Source of the DNA: Malacoraja senta
Taxonomy: Eukaryota
DNA length: 64,000 nucleotides
Assembly: GCA_038087875.1 (NCBI GenBank)
Contig: CM075997.1
Coordinates: forward strand, 806,001 to 870,000
Direction: 5' to 3'
A program made the translations under genes and the position numbers. Below the pieces are notes generated by a model that was not told the DNA's origin, made no database searches, and worked only from the letters and a program-made list of their open reading frames with translations. Shown in pieces: positions 1 through 11,529 of the stretch. Each line of letters opens with the position of its first letter. The stretch's first letter is position 1.

Positions 1-20
1 ACACGTGACAATATACTAAA

Positions 21-415
21 CCTCTCTCCCTCTGTCCTCCCTCTCTCCTCCCTCTCTCCCCCTCCCTCTCCCTCTCCCTCACCCTCTCCCTCACCCTCTC
101 TCCTCCCTCTCTCCTCCCTCTCTCCCCCTCCCTCTCCCTCTCCCTCACCCTCACCCTCCCCCCTCTCTCCTCCCTCTCTTCCTCCCTCTCCCCTCCCTCT
201 CCCTATCCCTCACCCTCTCCCTCACCCTCTCCCTCACCCTCTCTCCTCCCTCTCTCCTCCCTCTCTCCTCCCTCTCTCCTCCCTCTCCCTCTCCCTCACC
301 CTCACCCTCACCCTCTCTCCTCCCTCTCCCCCTCCCCCCCTCCCCCCCCTCCATCCTTCCTTTCACATCTTCCTCCCTCCCTATTCTTTATTTATTCTCC
401 CTCCCCCCCCCCCAC
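21..415. repeat. CT-rich polypyrimidine simple repeat
   Basis: (CTCTCC/CTCACC)n. Confidence 0.95.
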
Positions 416-540
416 CCCGGTTTCAGACTGATTATTTAAAGCTGAGCCTCTCCCACTCCTCCCTCCCTCCCTCCCCCCCTCTTGAAGACACCGAGGAAGT
501 GCAGCGGGAGACGGGATGCTGCGAGCTGCAGCCTGGATGC

Positions 541-563
541 GGTTGCTAGGCAACCTGACGTCG
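541..563. promoter_or_regulatory. RFX X-box adjacent to a CRE-like site
   Basis: GGTTGCTAGGCAACC immediately followed by TGACGTCG, in non-repetitive sequence. Confidence 0.45.
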
Positions 564-1580
564 TTCCTTCCTACCCCCCCCCCCCCCATGAAGCAGCCCC
601 TCCCTCCGGATGCCAGTGCCCAACAGCCCCCACCCCCTCACCCACCCCCCACCCCCACTCACAAGCAGGCCGGCGCGGGGTGGGAACAGACCAGTCCACA
701 CGTGGCCACTTTGACAGAAGCTGCAGCATCATCTGCTGTTCCCAAACTGTGACCTTCATTGCAGCAGGTAAAACAAGTCTCATTCTCTGCTGTGTTCCAT
801 TCTCCTTAGGGGAGGGGAGGGAGGGGGGGTTGAGAAGAGGGGGGGGGCATTAGCACGGGGAACATCTTTTGCCATCAAAATGAGGGCTATTCGTACATGC
901 AAACTGGGCTGGATTACGTCGCTATTTATTTAAGACATTCTCTCATTTAATTCCCTGATATAATGTAACAAGGATCAGTGGTCCACTCTCAGTGAAGGGC
1001 ATTGAGGGATGAACCTAGATTGTATTTATATATATATTTTAATTTATGAATAAGAGCATCTTGCTACTTATTACGTTTTATTTTTTACAACATGTTGTTC
1101 CTCGCAAGCCTTAATGTCCAATTATTTTTCGGTGGTTTTGTGCAGAGAAGGTGACTTTGGTGCAAAGGGTGAGTTTCGGCTGAGCATCTTTCGTGGTTAC
1201 GCGATGTGTTAAGAGCTCAGATTTCGTCAGTAATCCGAATGCGTGATATCTTGCTACCAGCTGGATTATAAACTCGGTAGATTTTCATCCCCCTTCACAG
1301 TATTTTTGCTTCACAGTTTATTTCCAGGTCATTACTTGGAAGGTGTGACAGTGCCTTGGTTTAGTGTCTGATAAGACAAAGATGGCAGTCTGTACTCCAG
1401 TTACATATCTTCCAGCCCCCCACTTGCATTTAACCTGCATTCCAGAGCAACGACTTAAAGCTTGCACGCCGTATCCTTATCCGGGTGCTTAAAAGTGAAT
1501 GGGAGACTTCCATCGGTGGGGACTGTGCCTTTAAAACGGCCCATAGTCAAGCAGCTGGTTAGGTTTGGAATCTGAGAACT

Positions 1581-1800
1581 CACAGTGGCGCAGCGGGTAG
1601 AAGCCGCTGCCTCACAGCGCCGGAGACCCGGGTTCGATCCTGACCTCGGGGGTCGGGGGGGGGGTCTGTGTTTGTGTGGAGTTTGCACGTTCTCCGTGCG
1701 GGTTTCCTCCGGGTGCCGCGGTTTCCTTCCACGTCCCAAAGACGCGCGGGTTTGCAAGTTAATCGGCCCTGTGTAAACTGCCCCTTTGTAGGGAGTGGAT
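1581..1800 (+). mobile_element. tRNA-derived V-SINE (HE1-like)
   Basis: A box TGGCGCAGCGG, B box GGTTCGATCC, central GGGTTTCCTCCGGGTGC..CGGTTTCC domain. Confidence 0.85.
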
Positions 1801-2278
1801 GAGAAAGCAGGAACGGGGTGTGGATGAGGAAGCAGGAACGGGGTGTGGATGAGGAAGCAGGAACGGGGTGTGGATGAGGAAGCAGGAACGGGGTATGGAT
1901 GAGGAAGCAGGAAGCAGGAACGGGGGTATGGATGAGGAAGCAGGAACGGGGTGTGGATGAGAAAGCAGGAACGGGGTATGGATGAGGAAGCGGGAACGGG
2001 GTGTGGATGGGGAAGCAGGAACGGGGTGTGGATGAGGAAGCAGGAACGGGGTGTGGATGAGAAAGCAGGAACGGGGTGTGGATGAGGAAGCAGGAACGGG
2101 GTATGGATGAGAAAGCAGGAACGGGGTATGGATGAGAAAGCAGGAACGGGGTGTGGATGGGGAAGCAGGAACGGGGTATGGATGAGAAAGCAGGAACGGG
2201 GTATGGATGAGAAAGCAGGAACGGGGTATGGATGAGAAAGCAGGAACGGGGTATGGATGAGGAAGCAGGAACGGGGTA
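1795..2278. repeat. 25-bp minisatellite (GCAGGAACGGGGTRTGGATGAGRAA), about 19 copies
   Basis: Direct periodicity; runs into a CR1 3' tail. Confidence 0.95.
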
Positions 2279-3249
2279 CTGATTGTGGATGATCAGCCAC
2301 GATCACAGTGAATGGCGGTGCTGCCTCGAAGGGCCGAATGGCCTACTGCGTCTAATGTCTATTGATAATATTGGAAATAGTTTGATTGGAGGGAAGAGGG
2401 GAGGGGGGGGGGGCTCCAGGGTTGGCTGTGCTGATTCTCTGATCCTTGTAGGTGAAGATCACACCTTCCACGTCGCCATGTCGAGGGAGACCAGACCCAA
2501 CAGAACCGACATCCGATCCTCACGGCTGACGTGTAAGTTGAACACACGGCGAACACTGTGTGGTGGGGGGGTGGGGGGCGGTTACACTGGTGTGGGTCTC
2601 TGATGATGCTGGCTGCCATCTTGAGGCTCCATGGTGGGGCGGTCATAAGATCATAAGACCATTCGGCCCATCGAGTCTGCTCCACCCTTCGTTCCCTCTC
2701 AACTCCATTCTCCTGCCTTTCCCCCGTAACTTTGGACACTCTCACTGATAAAGGGCCCAAAAGACTTTGACCTCCAACATGGAAACAGGCCCTTCAGCCC
2801 GTCTACTCCATCGTTCACACTAGTTCCATGTTATCCCACTGTCCCATCCATGCCCTACACACTCGGGGCGATTTACAGAACCCACAAGCCCGCACGCCCT
2901 TGGACGTGGGAGGAAACCGGAGCACCCGGAGGAAACCCACGCGGTCACAGGAAGAATTTGCAAACTCTGCACAGGCAGCACCGGAGGTCAGGATCGAACC
3001 AGGGTCTCTAGCGTTGCAAGGCAGCAGCTCGACCTGCTGCACCACCCTGAATGTGAGGAAGGTTTCGGCTTCCACTGCCATAGCAGGCAGTGACTTGGGT
3101 TTAACTTAATTATTGTCACATGTGCCGATACAGTGAAGAGCTTTGTTTTGAAACATAGAAACATAGAAAATAGGTGAAGGAGTAGGCCATTCGGCCCTTC
3201 GAGCCAGCACCGCCATTCAATGTGAGCAAGGCTGATCATCTAGAATCAG

Positions 3250-3682
3250 TATGGAGCGGCTGGGCTTGTACACTCTGGAGTTTAGAAGGATGAGAGGATA
3301 TCTCATTGAAACATATATGGTTGTTAAGGGTTTGGACACGCTAGAGGCAGGAAACATGTTCCCGATGTTGGGGGAGTCCAGAACCAGGGGCTACAGTTTA
3401 AGAATAAGGGGTAAGCCATTTAGAACGGAGACGAGGAAACACTTTTTCTCACAGAGTGGTGAGTCTGTGGAATTCTCAGCCTCAGTGGAGGCAGGTTCTC
3501 TGGATGCTTTCAAGAGAGAGCTAGATAGGGCTCTTAAAAATAGCGGAGTCAGGGGATATGGGGAGAAGGCAGGAACGGGGTACTGATTGGGGATGATCAG
3601 CCATGATCACATTGAATGGCGGTGCTGGCTCGAAGGGCCAAATGGCCTACACCTGCACCTATTGTCTATTGTCTATTGTCTA
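3250..3682 (+). mobile_element. CR1-like LINE 3' fragment
   Basis: ORF2 C-terminus LYTLEFRRMRG.LIETY...RTRG.SL and a tail ending (CTATTGT)n. Near-identical copies at about 4322-4770, 16390-16660, 35085-35790, 56760-57130, 57945-58465, 59128-59510 (+) and 25320-25660 (-). Confidence 0.88.
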
Positions 3683-5973
3683 ATACCCCGTTCCTGCTTT
3701 CTCCCCATATCGCTTGACTCCATTCGCCCTAAGAGCTAAATCTAACTCTCTTGAATACATCATTTTGCATGCTATGCAACCAAATCAGTTAATACCAAAC
3801 AGAAACAAAATCAAGTCAGACTCCAGTCCAATAGGTAGAGCAAAGGGGAAGATACAGAGTGCAGAATATAGTTCTCAGCATTGTAGCGCATCAGTTCCAG
3901 AGACAAAGTCCAATGTCCGCAATGGGGTAGAGGTGAATCGGACCGTACAAACCTGGCTTATGGAAGAACCGTTCAGAAGCCCGATAACAGAGGGAAGAAG
4001 CTGTTCCTGAGTCTGGAGGTGCTCGCTTTCAAGCGGGAAGGGAGCAGGGAGAGGCAGGAATGAGCTGGGGTGAGGTTGGAAGGTCCTTGATTATGTTGGC
4101 TGCTTTTCAGACCCACATCAGACTCGTGAATTGTGTTCCTCAGCCTCCCGTGACAGCGCTCGTTTCTTAAGTGGCTTCGTTAGAGAGCAAGTATTGTGCC
4201 AAATGTTCGGACAGGTGGGCTCAGGACAGACACAGCTCGCTTCACCGCGGTCCGATACGCGTCAACAGCTCTCTGCTTCGCTCCCCCACTGCCTTGGTTC
4301 TGGTTGAACCACCTGGCACCAAATATGCTGAGAGAATGGAGCGGCTGGGGCTTGTACACTCTGGAGTTTAGAAGGATGGGAGGGGATCTTATTGAAATAG
4401 ATAAGATTATTAAGGGTTTGGACACGCTAGAGGCAGGAAACATGTTCCCGATGTTGGGGGAGTCCAGAACCAGGGGCCACACAGTTTAAGAATAAGGGGT
4501 AAGGCATTTAGAACGGAGATGAAGAAACACTTTTTCACACAGAGAGTTGTGAGTCTGTGGAATTCTCTGCCTCAGAGGGCGGTGGAGGCAGGTTCTCTGG
4601 ATACTTTCAGGAGAGAGCTAGATAGGGCTCTTGAAGATAGCGGAGTCAGGGGATATGGGGAGAAGGCAGGAACGGGTTACTGATTGGGGATGATCAGCCA
4701 TGATCACATTGAATGGCGGTGCTGGCTCGAAGGGCCGAATGGCCTACTCCTGCACCTATTGTCTATTGTCAGGTGTTGTACGGTGATGTGTAGAATCGTG
4801 GAGGATAGACACAACGTGCTGAGTAACTCTGCGAGTCAGGCAACATCTCTGGAAAAACATGGATCGGTGACGTTTCGGGTCGGGACCATTCTTCAGGATC
4901 CGGCACGTCACCTTCTACCTATTTAGTTCGGTTTAGTTTGGAGATACAACGGGGGAAACAGGCCCATCGGCCCACCGTGTCCGTGCCGACCAGCGATCCC
5001 CGCACACGAACACTATCCTACACACGCCAGGGACAATTTACAATTATACCAAGTCAATTAGCCGACAAACCTGTACGTCTTTGGAGTGTGGGAGGAAACC
5101 AGAGCACCCGGAGAAAACCCACGCGGGTCACGGGGTACAAATTCCGTACAGACAGCACCCGTAATCAGGATCGAACCCGGGTCCTCTGGCGCTGTGAGGC
5201 GCCCATCGTGCCACCCGCGGTCAAAGGCTTGGCCAAAGACGGAGCATCTTCGAGGGGCAGGGAGGGAATTCCACAGCTCAGGGGAACAACTACCACTGGT
5301 GATGTGGTCCGAATTAGAGAAGTCCAGGCACCTTAAACTGTTGTGGTTGAGGACGGCAATGGTGTAGGGTTGCTGCCTCACAGCGCCAGAGACCCGGGTT
5401 CGATCCTGACTACGGGTGCTGTCTGTACGGAGTTTGTACGCTCTCCCTGTGACCGCGTGGGTTTTCTCCGGGTGCTCCGGTTTCCTCCCACACTCCAAAG
5501 ACGTTCGGGTTTTGCAGGGTAATTGGGTTGTAAATTCTAAATTCTAAAACCCTAGTGTGTGTAGGATAGTGCTAGTATATGGGGTGATCGCAGTGGGCCG
5601 AATGGCCTGTGTCCACGCTGCATCTCTAACGGCTAAAGAGATGGAAGGGGGGGGGTGATAGGGAGAATTGAAAAGAAGGTTCAGTGGTTTAAATCTGTCA
5701 CAGAGTGATCCAGTGTGGAAACAGGCCCTTCGGCCCATCGTGCCCACACCGGCCAACATGTCCCATCGACATTAGTCCCACCTGCCTGCGTTTGGCCCAT
5801 ATCCCTCTAAACCTCTCCTATCCATGTACCTTTCTTAAACCTTGATATTGTCCCAGCCTCAACTACCTCCTCTGGCAGCTCGTTCCATACACCCACCACC
5901 CTCTGTGTGAAGAGGTCACCCCTCAGGTTCCTATTAAATCTCTCCCTCCCTCACCTTAAGGCTATGTCCCCTG

Positions 5974-6173
5974 NNNNNNNNNNNNNNNNNNNNNNNNNNN
6001 NNNNNNNNNNNNNNNNNNNNNNNNNNNNNNNNNNNNNNNNNNNNNNNNNNNNNNNNNNNNNNNNNNNNNNNNNNNNNNNNNNNNNNNNNNNNNNNNNNNN
6101 NNNNNNNNNNNNNNNNNNNNNNNNNNNNNNNNNNNNNNNNNNNNNNNNNNNNNNNNNNNNNNNNNNNNNNNNN
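5974..6173. other. Assembly gap (200 N)
   Basis: Run of N. Confidence 0.99.
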
Positions 6174-7044
6174 TCTACCCGATCTATTCTTCTCATGATT
6201 TTATACACTCTATAAGATCACCCTCATCCTCCTGCGCTCCAAGGAATAGAGTCCCAGCCTGCTCAACCTCTCCCTCGAGTCCTGGCAACATCCTTGTAAA
6301 ATATTCCCGGTACCCTTTCCGCTTGACAACACCTTCCTATAACATGGTGCCCAGAGCTCCAAAACGTTCAGGTATGTAGGTTAATTGGCTTGGTGTATGG
6401 GTAAATTGTCCCTAGTGTGTGTAGGATAGTGTAAGTGTGCGGGAATCGCTGGTTGGTGCAGACTCGGTGGGCTAAAGGGCCTGTTTCCACGCTTTATCTC
6501 TAAACTGGGCTAAACTGATCTGAACTGAAGCAATTCTCTATAATTGTGGCCTCACCGACGTCCTGGATGCAACCGAGAAGCAGCAATTTTCCCGCACACT
6601 CCCCTTTAAGTGCGTTTGAAGGAAAGGAATGTGATTTAAAGCAGACCTTATACGCGCGCTGTGGGCATTACATGCTGAAATATTTAGCAGGGTTGCTTTT
6701 GAGGTCGTATAACTCACAGAGTTTGCCCGCTGCCTCCCATTTCCATGCAGGTAAGTGAGCAGCGTCTGGTTTTGTTTCTGTTTTCTGGAGTTCATTACGT
6801 GAAAGGAATTTTTTTTCCCCCCCCCTTTTTTTTCCAACCAAAAAAAAAAAATGATTATTGTCTAATGGGACGGGAAGCCGAGCCAGCAGGAAATCAGAGG
6901 AGGGTCTGGCCTGCAAGCGACTGGTTCAGATTAAGGCGGATTAAAATACATCCAGAGTTTTACTCAGAGCTGCGTGTTCGGGCTCCCGAGACAAATTGCT
7001 GTGGCGTGGCTCAGTCCCGGATCAATCCCAGGATCCGACTTAAA

Positions 7045-7670
7045 CTGTCCCCGTCCCAGTCCCAGTCACGTTCCCAGTCCCAATCCCAGTCCCAATCCCA
7101 GTCACATTCCCAGTCACATTCCCAGTCCCCAATCCCAGTCACATTCCCAGTTCCAATCCAGTCACATTCCCAATCCCGGTCCCAATCACATTCCCAGTCC
7201 CAATCCCAGTCAAATTCCCAGTCACATTCCCAGTCCCAGTCCTTGTTCTCAGTCACATTCACATTCTCAGTCACATTCTCAGTCACATTCCAGTCCCAAT
7301 CCCAGTCACATTCCCAATCCCAGTCACATTCCCAGTCCCAATCCCAGATACATTCCCAGTCCCAATCCCAGATACATTCCCAGTCCCAATCCCGTCCCAA
7401 TCCCAATCCCAGTCCCAGTCACATTCCCAGTCACATTCCCAGTCCCAGTCCCATCCCAGTCCCATTCCCAGGTCACATTCCCATTCCTAATCCCAGTCAC
7501 ATTCCCAGTCACATTCCAGTCACATTCCCAGTCACATTCACATTCCCAGTCACATTCCCAGTCACATTCCCATTGCCATTCCCAGTCCCAGTCTGTCCCA
7601 GTCTGTCCCAGTCCCACTCACATTACCAGTCACATTCCAGTCACATTCCCAGTCCCTTTCCAATCCCAGA
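7045..7670. repeat. (CCCAGT/CACATT/CCCAAT)n hexamer-based tandem repeat
   Basis: Direct periodicity. Confidence 0.95.
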
Positions 7671-7796
7671 GCTAGACACAGACCCAGTTCCAATTTACTG
7701 TTGCCCCAATTCCCCATTTACTATTAAGATGACAGATATCGATGGTGGAGTAACTCAGCAGGTCGGGCAGCATCTCTGGAGAAAAGACTCTCAGTG

Positions 7797-8007
7797 ACAC
7801 GGTGGCGCAGCGGTAGAAGTTGCCGCCTCATAGCGCCAGAGACCCGGGTTTGACCCTGACTACTGGTGCTGTCTGTACGGGTGCTTGTTTGTACGTTCTC
7901 CCCGTGACCTGCGTGGGTTTTTCTCCGGGTGCTCCGGTTTCCTCCCACACTCCAAAGACGTGCGGGTTTGTAAGTTAATTGGCCTCAGTAAGATTGTAAA
8001 TCATCCC

Positions 8008-8042
<35 letters not shown>

Positions 8043-8125
8043 ATGGCGTTGGTGGTGGGGGGTCGCTGGTCGGCGCGGACTCGGCTGGGACGAAGGGCCC
8101 CCCCGTATCTGCGCCCGTATCTACA
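7797..8125 (+). mobile_element. V-SINE (HE1-like), near full length
   Basis: tRNA head, V domain and CR1-like tail. Further copies at about 2780-3045, 4925-5215, 10610-10907, 31220-31500, 36300-36590, 40790-41052, 42190-42500, 47520-47800, 54838-55143 (-) and 5358-5630, 41493-41785, 44521-44812, 51561-51850, 54158-54445 (+). Confidence 0.85.
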
Positions 8126-8203
8126 CTGCGTGTCAAGATCCCACGGGGAGAGGTCGACCCGGCCGGCGGCAAACTGACGTCCTGCATTTGTGTTTCCGCC
8201 CAG

Positions 8204-8316
8204 GTCATCCCTCCTGCCTGCAGTTCACGGTGAACATGACAGCGGCCGTGAGGACCTACCGCTGGCAATGTATCGAGTGCAAGTCCTGCAGTCTCTGCGG
8301 GACCTCTGAGAACGAC
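8204..8316 (+). CDS. DPF1: DPF1 coding exon, C-terminal half of PHD1 and start of PHD2
   Basis: cag|GT acceptor, GAC|gtgagt donor, 113 nt. Translates (G)[37 protein letters not shown], matching the DPF1 sequence as I recall it. Confidence 0.96.
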
Positions 8317-8419
8317 GTGAGTCGGGGGTGGGAGGGGAGGGGGGAGCATTAGACCCTCAGCGGGAGGAGGGGTGAAAGGTATGGGGGGGGGGGGGGGGAA
8401 ATGGAGGCAGGTAAGGGGG

Positions 8420-9127
8420 TAACTTACAAAATTCTTAAGGGGTTGGACAGGCTAGATGCAGGAAGATTGTTCCCGATGTTGGGGAAGTCAAGAACAAGGG
8501 GTCACAGTTTAAGGATAAGAGCAGGGAGGTTCTACTGCAGTTGTACAGGGTCTTGGTGAGGCCACACCTGGAGTATTGCGTACAGTTTTGGTCACCAAAT
8601 CTGAGGAAAGACATTCTTGCCATAGAGGGAGTACAGAGAAGGTTCACCAGACTGATTCCTGGGATGGCAGGACTTTCATATAAAGAAAGACTGGATAGAC
8701 TCGGCTTGTACTCGCTAGAATTTACAAGATTGAGGGGGGGATCTTATAGAAACTTACAAGATTCTTAAGGGGTTGGACAGGCTAGATGGAAGAAGATTGT
8801 TCCCGATGTTGGGGAAGTCCAGGACAAGGGTCACAGTTTAAGGATAAAGGGGAAGTCTTTTAGGACCGAGATGAGAATAACATTTTTTACACAGAGAGTG
8901 GTGAATCTGTGGAATTCTCTGCCATAGAAGGTAGTTGAGGCCAGTTCATTGGCTATATCTAAGAGGGAGTTAGATGTGACCCTTGTGGTTAAAGGGATCA
9001 GGGGGTATGGAGAGAAGGCAGGTACGGGATACTGAGTTGGATGATCAGCCATGATCATATTGAATGGCGGTGCAGGCTCGAAGGGCCGAATGGCCTACTC
9101 CTGCACCTATTGGTCTATGTTTCTATG
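8420..9127 (+). mobile_element. CR1-like LINE 3' fragment, second subfamily
   Basis: YRVLVRPHLEYCVQFWSP...IEGVQRRFTRLIPGM and a tail ending CTATGTTT. Similar copy at 29653-30120; related fragments at 10010-10500 and 26715-27200 (-). Confidence 0.9.
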
Positions 9128-9875
9128 AATAGAGACTCTTGTGGGAGCGGGAAGGGGGGGGGTGCATAGCAGGGGAGGGGGAGGTGAAAGGAGACCCTCA
9201 TGGGGAGAAATGCAGCATCAAAGGGGAGGGTGAGGGGGGGGGATGCAGACAGTTGGGGGAGCAGGGGGGGGGGGGGGTCGATGGAGACCCTGGGAGGAGG
9301 GGCGGTGAATCTGTTGAATTCATTGCCACAGACGGCAGTGAGGCCAAGTCAAGGGATATTTTTATGGCAGAGATTGACAGATTCGTAATCAGTACGGGTG
9401 TCGGAGGTTATGGGGAGAAGGCAGGAGAATGGGGTTGAGAGGGAGAGATGGATCAGCATGTTGGATGGCAGAGTGCACACGATGGGGCCGAATGGCCCAA
9501 ACCTGCTCCTATAACTTGTGGACGTGGATATACAGGAACAGGGATGATATGGATCGGGAGATTATGTTCGGCAATTGAAGGTCGACACAAATGCTGGGTG
9601 TAACTCAGCGGGTGAGGCAGCATCTCTGGAGAGAAGGAATTGGTGACGTTTCTGGCAATGTCGCCCCATTCCTTCTCTCCTGAGATGCTGCCTCACGCGC
9701 TGAGTTACACCAGCATTTTGTGTCCGTTCCACCTTCGATTTTAACCAGCATCTGCAGTTCTTTCTTACACATGTCCGGCAATGATGTTGGGTTTGTGTTC
9801 AGCATGGGCATTGTGGGCCGAAGGGCCTGTCTCTGTGCTGGGTGTGATGTCTGACTGCCACTCTCCTCTCTGCAG

Positions 9876-9956
9876 GACCAGTTACTGTTCTGCGATGATT
9901 GTGATCGAGGTTACCACATGTACTGCCTGAACCCCCAATGTCCGAACCTCCCGAAG
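9876..9956 (+). CDS. DPF1: DPF1 coding exon, PHD2, with apparent 1-nt deletion in the C-run at 9932-9936
   Basis: tctctgcag|GAC acceptor, GAAG|gtaaga donor. Reads [20 protein letters not shown], then (P)MSEPPE(G) only if one C is added. Confidence 0.93.
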
Positions 9957-11028
9957 GTAAGAGATTTCTCGTGTCATGTCCGAAGAAGCGTCTCGACCCG
10001 AAACGTCACATAGAAACATAGAGAATAGGTGCAGGAGGAGGCCATTCGGCCCTTCGAGCCAGCACCGCCATTCATTGTGATCATGGCTGATCGTCCCCTA
10101 TCAATAACCCGATGTCTGCCATCTCCCCATATCCCTTGACTCCACTAGTCCCTAGAGCTCTATCTAACTCTCTCTTAAATCCATCCAGTGACTTGGCCTC
10201 CACTGCCCTCTGTGGCAGGGAATTCCACAAATTCACAACTCTCTGGGTGAAAACGTTTTTTCTCACCTCAGTCTTAAATGACCCCCCCTTTATTCTAAGA
10301 CGTGTGGCCCTGGTTCTGGACTCGCCCCAACATTGGGAACATTTTTCCTGCATCTAGCTTGTCCAGTCCTTTTATAATTTTATATGTTTCTCTAAGATTC
10401 CCCCTCATCCTTCTAAACTCCAGTGAATACAAGCATAGTCTTTGCAATCTTTCCTCATATGACAGTCCGCCATCCCAGGGATCAATCTGGTGAACCTACA
10501 CAAGGATGTCCTTCCTCAAATTAGGAGACCAATCACCCCATTCCTTCTCTCCAGAGACGCCGCCTGTCCCGCTGAGTTACTCCAGCATTCTGTGTCTATG
10601 CTTAGTGTGTGGTTTAGTTTAGAGATACAGCACGGAACAGGCCCTTCGGGTCCGCGCCGACCAGCGATCCCCGCACACTTAACACTATCCTACACACACT
10701 GTGGACAATTTGCACTTTTTACGCATCCAATTAACCTACAAGCAAACCCTGCACGTCTTTGGAGTGTGGGAGGAAACCGGAGATCTCAGAGAAAACCCAC
10801 GCGGGTCACGGGGAGAACGTGCAAACTCCGCACAGGCAGCACCCGTAGTCGGGATCGAACCCGGGTCTCTGGCGCTGTGAGGCAGCAACTCTACCGCTGC
10901 GCCACCGTTCCCCCTCTTGGTTTAGTTTAGAGATACAGCGGGGAAACAGGCCCTTCAGCCCACCGAGTCTGCACTGCATAGAACGGGGCAGACTGGATGG
11001 GCTGAGTATCCTATGTCTGATTCTGTTA

Positions 11029-11360
11029 AGGGGCCGTCCCATTTGGCGATTTTTTTCGGCCACTGCCGGCGTCATGTCAGGATCGCCGAAAATTTCAAAA
11101 TCCAGCGTGACAAACAAAATGTTGCGACACTTGAAAAAAACGCGCGTCATACAATAACAATAATAATAATACTACTAATAATAAATACTTTATTGATCCC
11201 CTCATGGAAATTCAGATGTCAGAAACCCCCACAAACCCCCACATTGAAAAATGAAAGCAGACAGAAAATACGTCATCACACCACGAATCTTTCGGTGACC
11301 TGATACATCAGTCAATGATGCCGGCAGTCACCGAAACAATCGCCAAGTGGGACAGGCACT
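11029..11360. mobile_element. MITE, Harbinger-like
   Basis: Terminal inverted repeats GGGCCGTCCCATTTGGCGA ... TCGCCAAGTGGGACAGGC with TWA-like flanks. Related ends at 30564 and 55732. Confidence 0.6.
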
Positions 11361-11458
11361 ATAATTGTTAAAAGTCTGACGTCTTTATTAATTGTTAAAA
11401 TTTATTCATTGTTAAAAGCCTCTCTCTCTCTCTCTCCCTCTCTGTTGCCCGCTCACAG

Positions 11459-11529
11459 GCAGCTGGAGTTGCCACTTGTGCTTACAGCAGCTGAAGGAGA
11501 AGGCTTCTGCCTACATAACTCTAACCTAG
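11459..11529 (+). CDS. DPF1: DPF1 terminal coding exon
   Basis: Polypyrimidine tract then cacag|GC. Translates (G)[36 protein letters not shown] is the DPF1-type C-terminus. Confidence 0.96.

Noticed and set aside
1455..2306. 283-aa minus-strand ORF
   Set aside because: 25-bp minisatellite plus antisense SINE.
6745..7797. 350-aa ORF rich in SQSH/VTFP
   Set aside because: Translation of a hexamer tandem repeat; open in several frames and intronic.
7797..7870. tRNA genes
   Set aside because: A/B-box heads continue into SINE bodies; no complete cloverleaf with acceptor stem.
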